From: an uncultured Clostridia bacterium | Lineage (GTDB): Bacteria > Bacillota > Clostridia > CAKSNL01 > HGM11501 | Direction of reading: 5' to 3' | Length of the DNA: 64,000 nucleotides | Assembly: GCA_934476235.1 (NCBI GenBank) | Contig: CAKSNL010000003.1 | Location: 206,153 to 270,152, forward strand | Shown: piece after piece, positions 42,160 through 52,439 of the stretch | Position numbering within the stretch: position 1 is the first letter of the stretch | How the letters are laid out: every line of letters begins with the position of its first letter | Translations under genes and position numbers: made by a program | Notes under the pieces: generated by a model | Databases searched by the model: none | What the model saw: only the letters and a program-made list of their open reading frames with translations | What the model was told of the DNA's origin: nothing

Positions 42160-42882
42160 TTATCCCCCGTTTTTATACGCCTTGATGAGCGCCGTTTCGG
42201 CTTTCGTAAATTCCCTGTAGGTGCCGGGTGTGATATTGCCGATCGTGAATTTCCCGACTGCGGTGCGCTTAAGCGCCGTCACGAAGCAGCCGACAGAGGC
42301 AAACATCTTTTTGACCTGCCTGTTTCTGCCCTCGTGAATCACGATTCTTACATCCGTGAAATTTTCTCCGGAGCTTAAGATTTTCACCTTTGCCGGGGCG
42401 GTTTTTCTTTTATCTATCACAACTCCCGAGCGCAGCTTTTCAGCCTTTTCTTCGTCAAATTCGCCCTTTATACGCGCGAGGTATACTTTTTCAATGCTCT
42501 TTTTGGGATGTGCCACGGCGTTCGCAAAATCCCCGTCGTTGGTCATTAAAAGCAGTCCTTCGGTGTCATAGTCAAGTCTGCCGACCGGGTAAATCCTCTC
42601 CGGAATATCCGAAACCAGCTCCATAACGGTTTTTCTGTCGAAGTTATCCTTTGCGGTTGTGATATACCCCTTCGGTTTATTCAATATGATATAGCGCTTT
42701 TTTGTTTCGATTTTTACATTTTTTCCGTTAAGGGTCACGCGGTCTTTTTCCTCGTCAACGCTTGTTCCCATTTCGGTAATAATTATTCCGTTAACGCCGA
42801 CTCTGCCCTCTTTTATAAGCTCCTCCGCTCCTCTGCGCGACGCAACGCCGCTTAAAGCCAAGAACTTCTGTAATCTCATCAT
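42160..42882 (-). CDS. Pseudouridine synthase, RsuA/RluB family (S4 domain).
   Basis: LQKFLALSGVASRR S4 N-terminus. Catalytic GRLD. Confidence 0.75.
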   Translation of the reverse strand: MMRLQKFLALSGVASRRGAEELIKEGRVGVNGIIITEMGTSVDEEKDRVTLNGKNVKIETKKRYIILNKPKGYITTAKDNFDRKTVMELVSDIPERIYPVGRLDYDTEGLLLMTNDGDFANAVAHPKKSIEKVYLARIKGEFDEEKAEKLRSGVVIDKRKTAPAKVKILSSGENFTDVRIVIHEGRNRQVKKMFASVGCFVTALKRTAVGKFTIGNITPGTYREFTKAETALIKAYKNGG

Positions 42883-42887
42883 AAGGT

Positions 42888-44027
42888 CTACCTCATCAGT
42901 TCCAAAAGTGTTTTTATCAAAAAAATATATCTTTCTTTGTATGCGTAAGAAAGATCGTTTTTCTCGGCATTGCCGGATGCCGAAAGATTCACGGATGTTA
43001 TGTACAGCCCGTTATTGTAGACGTCAACGCTTCCCAAAATGTCTCCTTTTTCGACCGGAGCGTCGACTTTATCCTCTATGTTATATTTTAACGTAACCTC
43101 AAGCGGTGTCTCACATTCGCGCAGAGAAAGGCTCCTTTCCGGGGAATACAAAACGCGCTCCTTGCTGCCTGAAACCTCTATGCTTCCCGCCGCGGCGCCC
43201 TCTTTTAAAATGCTTTTAAGCGTTGTGTAATTTTCAAACGAATAGTCTAAAAGCTTTTTATGGTCGTTCCAGTCATCGGGGTCGTTTAGCGTCACAACTA
43301 TCGTTTCAAGCTCCCCGCGGTCCGCTGCGGAAACAAGGCACCTTCCGGATTTTTTTGTATATCCCGTTTTCACTCCGACAGCCCCGTCATAGCTTTTCAG
43401 CATTTTGTTGTGGTTTTCGAGTGCCCTTCCCCAATCCTTGCCCTGCCACGGAATCGTGCACGATTTTGTGGAAACGATTTTCTTAAAGTCGTCATTGCGA
43501 AGAGCATACCTTGAAATAAGCGCAAGATCGCGCGCCGTGGTATAGTGATTTATATCATCCAGACCGCTTGCTGTGACGCAGCTTGTGCTGACGGCGCCTG
43601 CCTTTTTGCACGTTTCGTTCATGAGCGACGAAAAAGCCTCCTCGCTTCCGGAAATATGCTCAGCAATCGCGACCGCCGCATCGTTTCCGGATTCGAGCAT
43701 CAGGGAATACAAAAGCTCCGACAGCGTGAGCTTTTCCCCCGGTTCAAGCCATATGCTTGAGCCTTCAGTCCCCGCCGCATTGGCGGAAACGGTCACGATA
43801 TCGTTAAGGTCTCCGTTTTCGATAGCGGTTATCGCCGTTATGATTTTAGTCGTGCTTGCCATCGGCAGCTTTTCGTCAGCGTTTTTTTCAAAAATAATCC
43901 CGAAGGTCTCAGCATCGACACAGATTGCCGCGCGCGCCGAAACCTCCGGTTCGCTTGCATAAGCTTTCGTCTGCATTGCAAGTACAATAAATAAACACAA
44001 AGCCAATTTCTTAAATATACCAATCAC
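42888..44027 (-). CDS. D-alanyl-D-alanine carboxypeptidase (serine-type, PBP5-like).
   Basis: Signal peptide. SxxK (ASTTK), SGN and KTG motifs. Confidence 0.8.
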   Translation of the reverse strand: MIGIFKKLALCLFIVLAMQTKAYASEPEVSARAAICVDAETFGIIFEKNADEKLPMASTTKIITAITAIENGDLNDIVTVSANAAGTEGSSIWLEPGEKLTLSELLYSLMLESGNDAAVAIAEHISGSEEAFSSLMNETCKKAGAVSTSCVTASGLDDINHYTTARDLALISRYALRNDDFKKIVSTKSCTIPWQGKDWGRALENHNKMLKSYDGAVGVKTGYTKKSGRCLVSAADRGELETIVVTLNDPDDWNDHKKLLDYSFENYTTLKSILKEGAAAGSIEVSGSKERVLYSPERSLSLRECETPLEVTLKYNIEDKVDAPVEKGDILGSVDVYNNGLYITSVNLSASGNAEKNDLSYAYKERYIFLIKTLLELMR

Positions 44028-44072
44028 CTGCCATACTTATATATATGCCGGTGAAAACGGATTTTGACTTAT

Positions 44073-44468
44073 TTATTCATCGTCCTCTTTGTTTTCTTTG
44101 ATCAGCGAATTAATTTTGTCAATCATTTTGGGTACAAACTCAAAAAGCTTGTCCACCGAAGTTGCCGAGCCGGACTCAATCGGAAGCATCTTTATCTGAT
44201 CCGCTCCCACAACCAAAAATCCGACCGGCTTAATCGAAACGCCCGCTCCGCTTCCGCCGCCGAAGGGAGAATCCTCCGCCGACGATGAAACGCCCTTTAT
44301 CGGGATGTTGGAGCCGCCGGCTCCGAATCCGAACGCCACCTTCGAAACGGGAATAATCGTCGTCCCGTCGGGAGTCTGTACAGGATCCCCGATAATGGTG
44401 TTAACGTCCACCATTTCTTTAATGTTCTTCATTGACGATTCCATAAGTCCTTCAATGGGATGTGCCAT
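44073..44468 (-). CDS. ytfJ: Sporulation protein YtfJ/GerW family.
   Basis: 131 aa. The IIPVSKVAFGFGAGGS pattern is typical of YtfJ. Confidence 0.6.
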   Translation of the reverse strand: MAHPIEGLMESSMKNIKEMVDVNTIIGDPVQTPDGTTIIPVSKVAFGFGAGGSNIPIKGVSSSAEDSPFGGGSGAGVSIKPVGFLVVGADQIKMLPIESGSATSVDKLFEFVPKMIDKINSLIKENKEDDE

Positions 44469-44485
44469 AAAAAATCAACCCTTTC

Positions 44486-45025
44486 TTACTCATATGATTT
44501 GTATTTTGTATAAAATTTAACCGCGGTATATATAGCCTTCGCGGCATTGGTTTTTATTACCGTGCAAAAGTCGGCGTTAAACACCGGCTCGTCCCCGTAA
44601 TCCGGTTCAATCGTTATAACCGGGGGCTTTACAGTGAACACGCACGAAATAAGACCGATGAATTTATATATTTCCGCGTACGCGATTCCGACCAGAAAAC
44701 CGGTTGCCGCCGCGTCCCCGCTCCCGAAGTGTGCGTCAAGCTTAAAGCTTTCGACCCTGACCGCCCGTTTTATCGCTCCTGAGGTTTCGTAAAGCGCCCC
44801 CACAATGTTCCATATTCTGTCGTACGGCTGCTTTTCTTCGGGCTTTTTGTCTTTTTCTTCTCCCGCGTCATTCTTCTTGGGGGCTCTTTTTTTACCCTTA
44901 AGCTTAAACGGTCCGAATTTTATTATAAGTCCCGCTTTTTGGCTCTCGTACGATACGATCGCTCTCACCGGCATAAAGAGAAGGAGCGCCAAAAGTGCAA
45001 TAAATACCGCTATGAATATAAGCAT
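44486..45025 (-). CDS. DUF2953 (YtfI-like) sporulation membrane protein.
   Basis: N-terminal TM followed by a Lys-rich region. Adjacent to ytfJ, as in Bacillus ytfI-ytfJ. Confidence 0.5.
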   Translation of the reverse strand: MLIFIAVFIALLALLLFMPVRAIVSYESQKAGLIIKFGPFKLKGKKRAPKKNDAGEEKDKKPEEKQPYDRIWNIVGALYETSGAIKRAVRVESFKLDAHFGSGDAAATGFLVGIAYAEIYKFIGLISCVFTVKPPVITIEPDYGDEPVFNADFCTVIKTNAAKAIYTAVKFYTKYKSYE

Positions 45026-45048
45026 AGCTTAAACACACCCTTTTAAAA

Positions 45049-45618
45049 TCATTCTTCCTCTGTGCCGGAGTCTATCTTAAGCTGATCGTTCTCCTCTGTC
45101 TCAAGCTCCTTGTAAAGCTCGCCGATATCGGGAAGCTCACCCAAATTGCGAAGCCCGAATACCCTCAAAAATTCCTTGGTGGTTGAATAAAGCGACGGTC
45201 TTCCCGGCGCGTCGGACGTGCCGGATTGCTCAATAAGACCGCACATTACAAGGCGGCTTACAGAGCTCGAACTGTCAACGCCCCTTATATAGTCGATCTG
45301 GCTTCTTGTAACGGGCTGCCTGTACGCGACAATGGATAGAACCTCCAGCGCCGCATGCGAAAGCGGAGCGTTTCTTTTCGGCTCCGTAACACGTCTTACA
45401 TATTCGTAATATTCCTTTTTCGTCTTAAGCTGGAGATCGTCGTCTATCCTTATTATCGTGATTCCGCCATCTTCATACTTTTCAGATAACATGGAGGCGA
45501 TTTTTTCAACCTCGTCAGAGTCGGTCTCCAAAGCCTGGGCTATATCGCTTATTGCAACGCTTTCGCCCGAGGCAAATAAGATAGCCTCCAGCGCTGCCGT
45601 TTTTTCGTTATCCGTCAT
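45049..45618 (-). CDS. scpB: Segregation and condensation protein B.
   Basis: AALEAILFASGESV N-terminus. Confidence 0.8.
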   Translation of the reverse strand: MTDNEKTAALEAILFASGESVAISDIAQALETDSDEVEKIASMLSEKYEDGGITIIRIDDDLQLKTKKEYYEYVRRVTEPKRNAPLSHAALEVLSIVAYRQPVTRSQIDYIRGVDSSSSVSRLVMCGLIEQSGTSDAPGRPSLYSTTKEFLRVFGLRNLGELPDIGELYKELETEENDQLKIDSGTEEE

Positions 45619-46331
45619 TTTTCCACCCCGCCGTCCGTTATGGTAATCCCGTCGCTGTCTTCATAAAATCTGACCTTGCTTAGCTTGATAAGCTCAAGCA
45701 ATGCCAAAAATGATGCGACGCGTTCGCTTTTTGTGCCTTTAAACAAGTCCTTGTATTTCATTTTGGTTTTTCGCTTTATGCTTTTTAATATATCCTTAAC
45801 TTTGGAAAAAATACTAACCGGTTTTCTTATAACCGCTTCTTTTATGTTTTCCTTTGACGGAGGGCGCAAAAGCGCCTTTCTTTCCGAAAGCGCAAAAAGC
45901 GATTTTAAGAGCTTGTCCTTATCTATCGGTGCAAGCGGCTTTGACGGGAACTTTATCTGCTCGGCAATCTTGAAAAATGTATATTTCGATTCAAACTGCC
46001 TGTCCGCTATTTTGTCCGCCGTAAGCTTTATAAGCTTGTACTCCTTAAGCCTGTCTATAAGGTTTAAGGCAGTATCGTCCTCTTTCGTCTCCTCCTCGTG
46101 CCGCGGCAAAAGGAACTTGGACTTGATATATAAAAGCTCTGAGGCAATGACTAAAAATTCGCTCGAAAAATCAATGTTTTCTTTTTTCCAGCGCTCAATA
46201 TAGTAAAAATACTGGTCCGTTATCTCGGCAAGGGAAACATCGACAATAGAGAGCTTGTTCTTGCTGATTAAGTGGAGCAAAAGGTCAAGCGGTCCCTCAA
46301 AATCTTCCGATTTGAATATTACAGGTTCCAA
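45615..46331 (-). CDS. scpA: Segregation and condensation protein A.
   Basis: GPLDLLLHLI motif. Overlaps the scpB start. Confidence 0.8.
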   Translation of the reverse strand: MEPVIFKSEDFEGPLDLLLHLISKNKLSIVDVSLAEITDQYFYYIERWKKENIDFSSEFLVIASELLYIKSKFLLPRHEEETKEDDTALNLIDRLKEYKLIKLTADKIADRQFESKYTFFKIAEQIKFPSKPLAPIDKDKLLKSLFALSERKALLRPPSKENIKEAVIRKPVSIFSKVKDILKSIKRKTKMKYKDLFKGTKSERVASFLALLELIKLSKVRFYEDSDGITITDGGVEK

Positions 46332-46343
46332 TTATTCATCCCC

Positions 46344-47627
46344 TCAAACGTCATATCTTAACATATCCTCGTACGTTTCGCGGCGCAGTGCGACGCGTGA
46401 CTCCTCCCCGCGGACAAAAACTATGGGCGCTCGCGGCACTCTGTTATAGTTGCTTGCCATGGAGTAGTTATAAGCGCCGGTTGCCAGCACCGCAAGAATA
46501 TCGCCGCTCTTCACTTCTCCGAGCGCGATATCTTCGCCCAGCATATCTCCCGATTCGCAGCACTTTCCGCACACCGTCACCTTTTTATCCTTCGGCTGAC
46601 CGCACCTTCCCTCAATAAGAAAGGTGTACTTTGCTCCGTACAGAATGTAGCGCGGATTGTCGCCCATTCCGCCGTCGACCGACACGTATGTCCGGATTCC
46701 GGGAATCTCCTTGACTCCTCCGACCTTATACAGTGTCACTCCTGCGGGACCTGCGATTGCCCTTCCCGGCTCAAAGCCCAAGTGTATAAGCGCTTTTTTC
46801 TCTTTTTCCCGGCGGTCCTTAACATATGTTAAGACCGGCTTTAATATTTCGTCATAGGAAAGCGGATTGTCCTCCTCCGAATACTTTATGCCGAACCCTC
46901 CTCCGAGAACAAGCTCGGAAAACTCCCGTTTGTGCTTTATTTCCTGTTCGTTAATAAAATCCAGCATAACCTTCGCCGCTTCGGCAAAAGGCTCCGGCTG
47001 AAATATCTGCGAGCCGATATGGCAGTGAAAACCGCAAAGCTCGACATTGCAAAGCTTTAACGCCTCGGCGGTAATGCTGTCCGCCGCCCCCGTAGCGATT
47101 GCAGACCCGAACTTTGAATCAATCTGCCCGGTCTTTATAAATTCGTGCGTGTGCGCCTCCACCCCCGGTGTTATCCTTAAAAGAATCTTCTGGCGGATTC
47201 CGGCTTCCTTCGCACATTCGTTAAGGCGAATAAGCTCCTCCGGATTATCGACAATGAACTTTCCGACGCGGTACATGACGCCGAGCCTTATCTCCTCATC
47301 GGTCTTGTTATTCCCGTGGTAGTGAATTTTCTCCATGGGAAATCCCGCGCTTTTCGCGGTATAAAGCTCCCCGCCCGACACACAGTCGAGCCCGAGACCT
47401 TCACTGTCCGCAATTTTGCACATTTCCTTTATGCAGAGCGCCTTTGAAGCGTATGTAACGGTCCCGTTTGAATCATAGTACTTATCTATCGCCCCTTTTA
47501 ACGCTCTTGCGTTTTCGCGGACAACCTCCTCATCCATTACATATAAGGGCGTGCCGTACTTCTCCGCAAGATGCGAAGCCGTTAACGAGCCGATATAAAG
47601 ATGTCCGTTTTTTACACTGATTGACAT
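46344..47627 (-). CDS. lysA: Diaminopimelate decarboxylase.
   Basis: PLP-enzyme motifs including HCHIGSQ. 427 aa. Confidence 0.85.
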   Translation of the reverse strand: MSISVKNGHLYIGSLTASHLAEKYGTPLYVMDEEVVRENARALKGAIDKYYDSNGTVTYASKALCIKEMCKIADSEGLGLDCVSGGELYTAKSAGFPMEKIHYHGNNKTDEEIRLGVMYRVGKFIVDNPEELIRLNECAKEAGIRQKILLRITPGVEAHTHEFIKTGQIDSKFGSAIATGAADSITAEALKLCNVELCGFHCHIGSQIFQPEPFAEAAKVMLDFINEQEIKHKREFSELVLGGGFGIKYSEEDNPLSYDEILKPVLTYVKDRREKEKKALIHLGFEPGRAIAGPAGVTLYKVGGVKEIPGIRTYVSVDGGMGDNPRYILYGAKYTFLIEGRCGQPKDKKVTVCGKCCESGDMLGEDIALGEVKSGDILAVLATGAYNYSMASNYNRVPRAPIVFVRGEESRVALRRETYEDMLRYDV

Positions 47628-47952
47628 AATCCATCATCCTCAAAATCAAAGCTGCTATATATGATTAATTTTACCACACAATAAGTATTTTGTCAAATAA
47701 TAACCCCTTATAAAAAGTTCACATTTTATTTTTATTTTAGATATAGTTAATTCATAATCATAATGTATAATAAAATTGTAAAGCAAAAGAAATACGCTTT
47801 ACAAAGTTTTTCATTTTCCTCTCCTATATCTCATTTGGATGCAAACGCACAGTTTTCCCCAACTGTGCGTTTTGCTTTTTAAATTCTTTTTGTTGCTTTT
47901 TATGCTATTATATGCTAAAATAGACAAAGTGTTATTGATACGGAGAGTAATT

Positions 47953-48861
47953 ATGAGAAGCTTTACGTTAAATGCCGATGATGCAGGTCAGAGGCTTGAC
48001 AAATATATACTGAAAATAACCGAAATGCCGCGCTCGCTTATATATAAGTATATCAGAACGGGTCATATCAAGGTAAACAAAAAGAAAAAGGATGCCGGCT
48101 ATTTTCTCTCGGAGGGCGATGTTGTCGCTCTTTTTATTGACGACAGCCTTTTCAAGTCGGAAAAAAGCGCTTTTTTGACCCATCCTCTCGACATAGTTTA
48201 TGAGTCTGACGATATTATAGCCGTAAACAAGCCGTCCGGAATGAAGAGCCAGCCGGACCGCCCGGGCGACGGCGCGCTTTCCGAATATATAAAGGGGTAT
48301 CTTTTTTCAAAGGGCGAATACCTCCCCGAAGGCGGACATTCCTTCTCGCCCGCTCTTTGCAACAGGCTTGACGTTAATACCTCGGGCATTGTGCTTGCGG
48401 CAAAAAATGCCGAAAGCTTAAGAATATTAAACGAAAAGATAAAAAACAAGGAAGTTGAAAAATACTACCATTGCATAGTGCGCGGAACGCCTCCGGAAAA
48501 AAGCGGAATCCTTGAAGGGTATATATTAAAAGACCGCGCAAAAAACAAGTCGGTTATAAAAAAAGAAGAGTTCCCCGATTCGAAATATGTCAAGACCGGG
48601 TACCGCGTTATCCGCTCATCAGGCGGGCGCTCGCTTATCGATATAACGCTCTATACGGGAAGGTCACACCAGATACGCGCGCACATGGCGTCTGTCGGCT
48701 GCCCGATAGAGGGCGACTTTAAGTACGGCGGCGGAGAAGGAACGCAAAAGCTTTGCGCATATAAGCTGGTTTTTAATTTTTCGGACAGCGGAGGAAAGCT
48801 CTCGTATCTTAAAGGAAAAACGCTTGAGATAACTCCTTATTTTGACAAAGAGGTGCAGTAA
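47953..48861 (+). CDS. RluA-family pseudouridine synthase.
   Basis: S4-like N-terminus. Catalytic HRLD-like region and GRSHQIRAHMA. Start chosen at MRSFTLN. The longer ORF annotation from 47839 is rejected. Confidence 0.7.
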   Translation: MRSFTLNADDAGQRLDKYILKITEMPRSLIYKYIRTGHIKVNKKKKDAGYFLSEGDVVALFIDDSLFKSEKSAFLTHPLDIVYESDDIIAVNKPSGMKSQPDRPGDGALSEYIKGYLFSKGEYLPEGGHSFSPALCNRLDVNTSGIVLAAKNAESLRILNEKIKNKEVEKYYHCIVRGTPPEKSGILEGYILKDRAKNKSVIKKEEFPDSKYVKTGYRVIRSSGGRSLIDITLYTGRSHQIRAHMASVGCPIEGDFKYGGGEGTQKLCAYKLVFNFSDSGGKLSYLKGKTLEITPYFDKEVQ

Positions 48862-48862
48862 A

Positions 48863-49723
48863 ATGAATTTGGCGAACGAATGGAAAGATTATGAGATATT
48901 AGACCTTTACAGCGGCGAAAAGGTCGAACGGTGGGGCGATATCATGCTCATCCGTCCCGATCCTCAGGTTATATGGCCCAAAACAGATAATACCGAGTGG
49001 GAGAAAAAGGCATATGCCAGATATATAAGGTCTTCCTCCGGAGGCGGAAGCTGGGAATATTACAAAAAGCTACCCGAAAAATGGCGGATAAATTATAAAG
49101 ACCTTTCTTTCTATATAAAGCCGATGGGCTTTAAGCATACCGGGCTTTTCCCTGAGCAGGCGGTTAACTGGGACTATATGATAGATAAAATTAAAAAAGC
49201 CGGACGCCCCATACGGGTGCTTAACCTTTTCGCCTACACCGGCGGAGCGACGGTTGCATGTGTATCGGCGGGCGCTTTTGTCTGCCATGTTGACAGTTCA
49301 AAGGGAATGACCGCATGGGCGAAGGAAAACATCGCTTTATCGGGACTTTCGGATAAGCCGATGCGCTTTATAGTGGACGATGTGAGAAAATTCGTCGAGC
49401 GCGAAATAAGGCGCGGAAACACTTATGACGCGATAGTCATGGATCCCCCCTCATACGGGCGCGGCGCGGGAAAAGAAGTGTGGAGCCTGGAAACCGACCT
49501 TTATGACCTTGTGGCTCTTTGCTCAGGCGTCCTTTCCGACAATCCTTTATTTTTCCTTATCAATTCATACACCACGGGGCTTTCCCCCACGGTGCTTGAA
49601 AACATACTCGGCATAAACCTTTCGCGTTTTAAGGGGAAAATAACCTCCGGCGAAGTCGGACTTCCTGTCACGGGCTCCGATCTCATACTCCCTTGCGGAA
49701 TATTCGGAAGATGGGAAGCATAA
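48863..49723 (+). CDS. Class I SAM-dependent (rRNA) methyltransferase, RlmI/YwbD-like.
   Basis: VLNLFAYTGG motif I and DPPSYGRG motif IV. Confidence 0.55.
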   Translation: MNLANEWKDYEILDLYSGEKVERWGDIMLIRPDPQVIWPKTDNTEWEKKAYARYIRSSSGGGSWEYYKKLPEKWRINYKDLSFYIKPMGFKHTGLFPEQAVNWDYMIDKIKKAGRPIRVLNLFAYTGGATVACVSAGAFVCHVDSSKGMTAWAKENIALSGLSDKPMRFIVDDVRKFVEREIRRGNTYDAIVMDPPSYGRGAGKEVWSLETDLYDLVALCSGVLSDNPLFFLINSYTTGLSPTVLENILGINLSRFKGKITSGEVGLPVTGSDLILPCGIFGRWEA

Positions 49724-49763
49724 AAACATCGGGTGTACTTAAAGTACACCCGATGTTTTTATT
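49722..49763. terminator. Bidirectional terminator.
   Basis: aaaaacatcgggtgtactt-aa-agtacacccgatgttttt. Confidence 0.75.
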
Positions 49764-51378
49764 TGCACAGAATCCACTCTGTATATTCATCGTCAGGATT
49801 CATCTTTGCAGCCGAGGCATAGTCGGAAAGCGAAAGGTCGCCTGAGTCAAACTCGATGTTATGTTTTGTGTCCTTGTTTCGGACAAATTTCCCGCCGCAG
49901 TCCTTTGCGCCGTAAATGTCGGAATTTATATCGGAATCCGGAACCATGACGAGCGGACCGAAGGAAAAACCGGCATATTTTTTTCCGTCTATATTCACAT
50001 CTTCTTTTTCAATCTGCATGTCAAGGCAAAGCGTTACCTCGTCCCCGTCTTTTATGCCGAGAGTGACATATCCGCCGCTTTCGGGAGCAAAACTTTCCTT
50101 GCCGTTTACATTAATACTGTATTTTTTACACCATGACGGGATGCGGAGTTTCAAGCTCTTTTCACTTGCCCCGGTGACAAAAAAGCTTATCTTTCCGTCA
50201 AAGGGGTATTCAGTCTTTTCTTCGATTCTGACCCCATTGCTTTCCCACACCGCCGGAGCGTAGATGGCGGGAATTACGGTGTTTTCGTCCTCTGTAAAAA
50301 GAAGCTCGGGAAGCCGGCTGATGAAATTATATCCGCGGTATCTGCAGCATTTATAGGGATCCTGCCCCGACGTCCTCGTAACTCTTTTGCCGAAGTTCGG
50401 CTGATAATACGCAAAATCAGCGTTTTTATCGTCAAATGAGCCCATTATGTGGTTAAAAAGCGACCTCTCCGCCGCGTCGATGTATTTTATATCGCCTGTC
50501 GCCTTATATAAAAGCAGTGAAAACTCCGCCCACCCGACAGAGACGCACGTTTCGTTCGGGTGAATGTCAAGCGGTAAAAAGCACGGCGTGTTCCCCTCCG
50601 GAATCCACTTTTCCGCATTTGTTCCGTTTCCGGGACGGCGTATCTGTGTTTTCTTAAGCTCATCCCAGTATTTTTCTGCGCCCTTAATGCACTCTGAATC
50701 CTTGGAGCTGTCATAATAAAAGAGCATGCCGATAAGGATGATAAAATTCTCGATTCCTTTTTTGCTCCTTAAGTCAAAAATGCTTTCAAAATCGAAAAAA
50801 TTATTTCCGGAAGTTTTTAATCTTCTTAAAATATACTTTGTAAATTCGGCGTAAATGACATCGTCCGTCACGTCATAAAGTCCGGGAAGCGTCAGAAGAA
50901 ATGAGGCATTCTGCGTTCCGTCGTTAAATGCGTCCATAATATTGTCTTTTTCGGACAAATAATGAGCGGCAATGTTTTTCGCGCATTTTTCCGCCGCATT
51001 AAGCGCGGCTTTTCTCCGTGTGGTTTTATAGTAACTCAAAAGACCGTATACGGTGAACGTCTGATTCCAGACGGAAAATTTCTGCCATTCATCCTCTTTC
51101 GGGTACCCTCCGAGGTAACCGTCCGCATGCTGGTTTTCGATGATACAGTCAACCAGCCCGTCAGCCTTTTTAAGAAGACTTTCATCATGAGTCAGATCAT
51201 AAAAATTCATGCATGTGTCTAAATATTTTCCGGCAAATTCGCTTTCCGCAAAGTGGTGATACTCCCTGTGATCGCCGATATATGCCTTTTTATGCACTTC
51301 GGGATCGATGCTTTTTTCAAAGCTTTCCAGGCATTTGTCAAAAGCTTTTTTGAGAAATCCGTTTTTAAGTTCCGTCAT
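49759..51378 (-). CDS. GH127-like (DUF1680, beta-L-arabinofuranosidase family) six-hairpin glycosidase.
   Basis: GKYLDT...ADGYLGGY...W pattern, as in GH127. Adjacent Cys pair in PYKCCRYRGY (GH127 Zn/catalytic Cys). Start chosen at MTELKNG, which has an AGGAGGG RBS. Confidence 0.5.
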   Translation of the reverse strand: MTELKNGFLKKAFDKCLESFEKSIDPEVHKKAYIGDHREYHHFAESEFAGKYLDTCMNFYDLTHDESLLKKADGLVDCIIENQHADGYLGGYPKEDEWQKFSVWNQTFTVYGLLSYYKTTRRKAALNAAEKCAKNIAAHYLSEKDNIMDAFNDGTQNASFLLTLPGLYDVTDDVIYAEFTKYILRRLKTSGNNFFDFESIFDLRSKKGIENFIILIGMLFYYDSSKDSECIKGAEKYWDELKKTQIRRPGNGTNAEKWIPEGNTPCFLPLDIHPNETCVSVGWAEFSLLLYKATGDIKYIDAAERSLFNHIMGSFDDKNADFAYYQPNFGKRVTRTSGQDPYKCCRYRGYNFISRLPELLFTEDENTVIPAIYAPAVWESNGVRIEEKTEYPFDGKISFFVTGASEKSLKLRIPSWCKKYSINVNGKESFAPESGGYVTLGIKDGDEVTLCLDMQIEKEDVNIDGKKYAGFSFGPLVMVPDSDINSDIYGAKDCGGKFVRNKDTKHNIEFDSGDLSLSDYASAAKMNPDDEYTEWILCK

Positions 51379-51511
51379 AACAACCGCCCTCCTTTTGATA
51401 ATTATACTTAAATATATGATATAAAACAATATCATATATTATATTTTTTCGTATTTTATGATACATTATTGACATTTTATATCACAAATGTTAATATTAA
51501 GAGCGTAAGGA

Positions 51512-52396
51512 GTGGATAGCATGCATAAAAACGCGCTTTATATTGCAAGACTTTATATGCTTAAGGAAAACAAAAGGTCAAAGTTTTCGCTTTTGGCGGA
51601 CTATTGCCTTTCCAATATAGATTCTCTTGATAAGCTGACGATAAACGACCTTTCGGAAAATACCGGTACGAGCTATGCAACTGTCTGCCGGTTCATTAAA
51701 GAAATCGGAGTGTCGGGCTTTAAGGAATTTAAGAAAATTGTCTGCGACGAAATAAAGAAGCAGCAGCGGCTTGAAATCAAGATTGATAATTACGCTCCCG
51801 GCGGGAGCGATGGCTCCGGTTTTGACCGTCTGATAAAAAAGGTGTGTGTTTTTTCCGCAAGCGTCATCGAAAACTGCTATGACACATTAAAGGAGGATAC
51901 GCTGCGGGAATTTATCAAGTGCTTTTTTAAGGCGCGCCACGTTTATTTCATCGGTACCGGAACATCTGCCGTGACGGCACTTTACGCATACACAAAACTT
52001 TTCAGAATAAAACGAAGCTGTTCGTTCGATTCGGATGCGATCATTGCCAAAATGAAAGCCTCAGTCCTTGAAAAGGGCGATATGTTATTTGTGATATCAT
52101 CATCCGGCAGAACAAAAGCAATGGTCGAGGCGGCTCAAAATGCAAAGAAAAACGGAGCCGTGATTGCATGTCTTTGCGACTTTTTCGTCTCTCCCCTTTC
52201 GGATATTTCAGACATTAATATCTGCACGACCGTGCGGGACTCAAACAAGTATTTAGACACGGACTTTCCGCTTATCCAGGGACAGATAACGGTAATCGAC
52301 ATTTTGTATTCCTGCCTTTATAATGCGGCTAAAAGCTCATCGGATAATAAATTTAATATGACCAAAGCTGCGGTAAGAAATGATAAGACAAATTAA
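51512..52396 (+). CDS. MurR/RpiR-family transcriptional regulator (HTH + SIS domain).
   Basis: HTH LSENTGTSYATVCRFIKEIG. SIS domain. Divergent from the GH127-like gene. Confidence 0.75.
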   Translation: MDSMHKNALYIARLYMLKENKRSKFSLLADYCLSNIDSLDKLTINDLSENTGTSYATVCRFIKEIGVSGFKEFKKIVCDEIKKQQRLEIKIDNYAPGGSDGSGFDRLIKKVCVFSASVIENCYDTLKEDTLREFIKCFFKARHVYFIGTGTSAVTALYAYTKLFRIKRSCSFDSDAIIAKMKASVLEKGDMLFVISSSGRTKAMVEAAQNAKKNGAVIACLCDFFVSPLSDISDINICTTVRDSNKYLDTDFPLIQGQITVIDILYSCLYNAAKSSSDNKFNMTKAAVRNDKTN

Positions 52397-52439
52397 CAGT
52401 TGACACCTTTTATTTTGTGTGCTGTAATACTCCGCAAGA

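Noticed and set aside
47839-47952. Extended N-terminus (MQTHSFPQLCVLLF...) annotated for the RluA-family gene.
   Set aside because: The extension runs through a terminator hairpin and an AT-rich leader. The conserved protein begins at MRSFTLN (47953), which has proper spacing from the leader.
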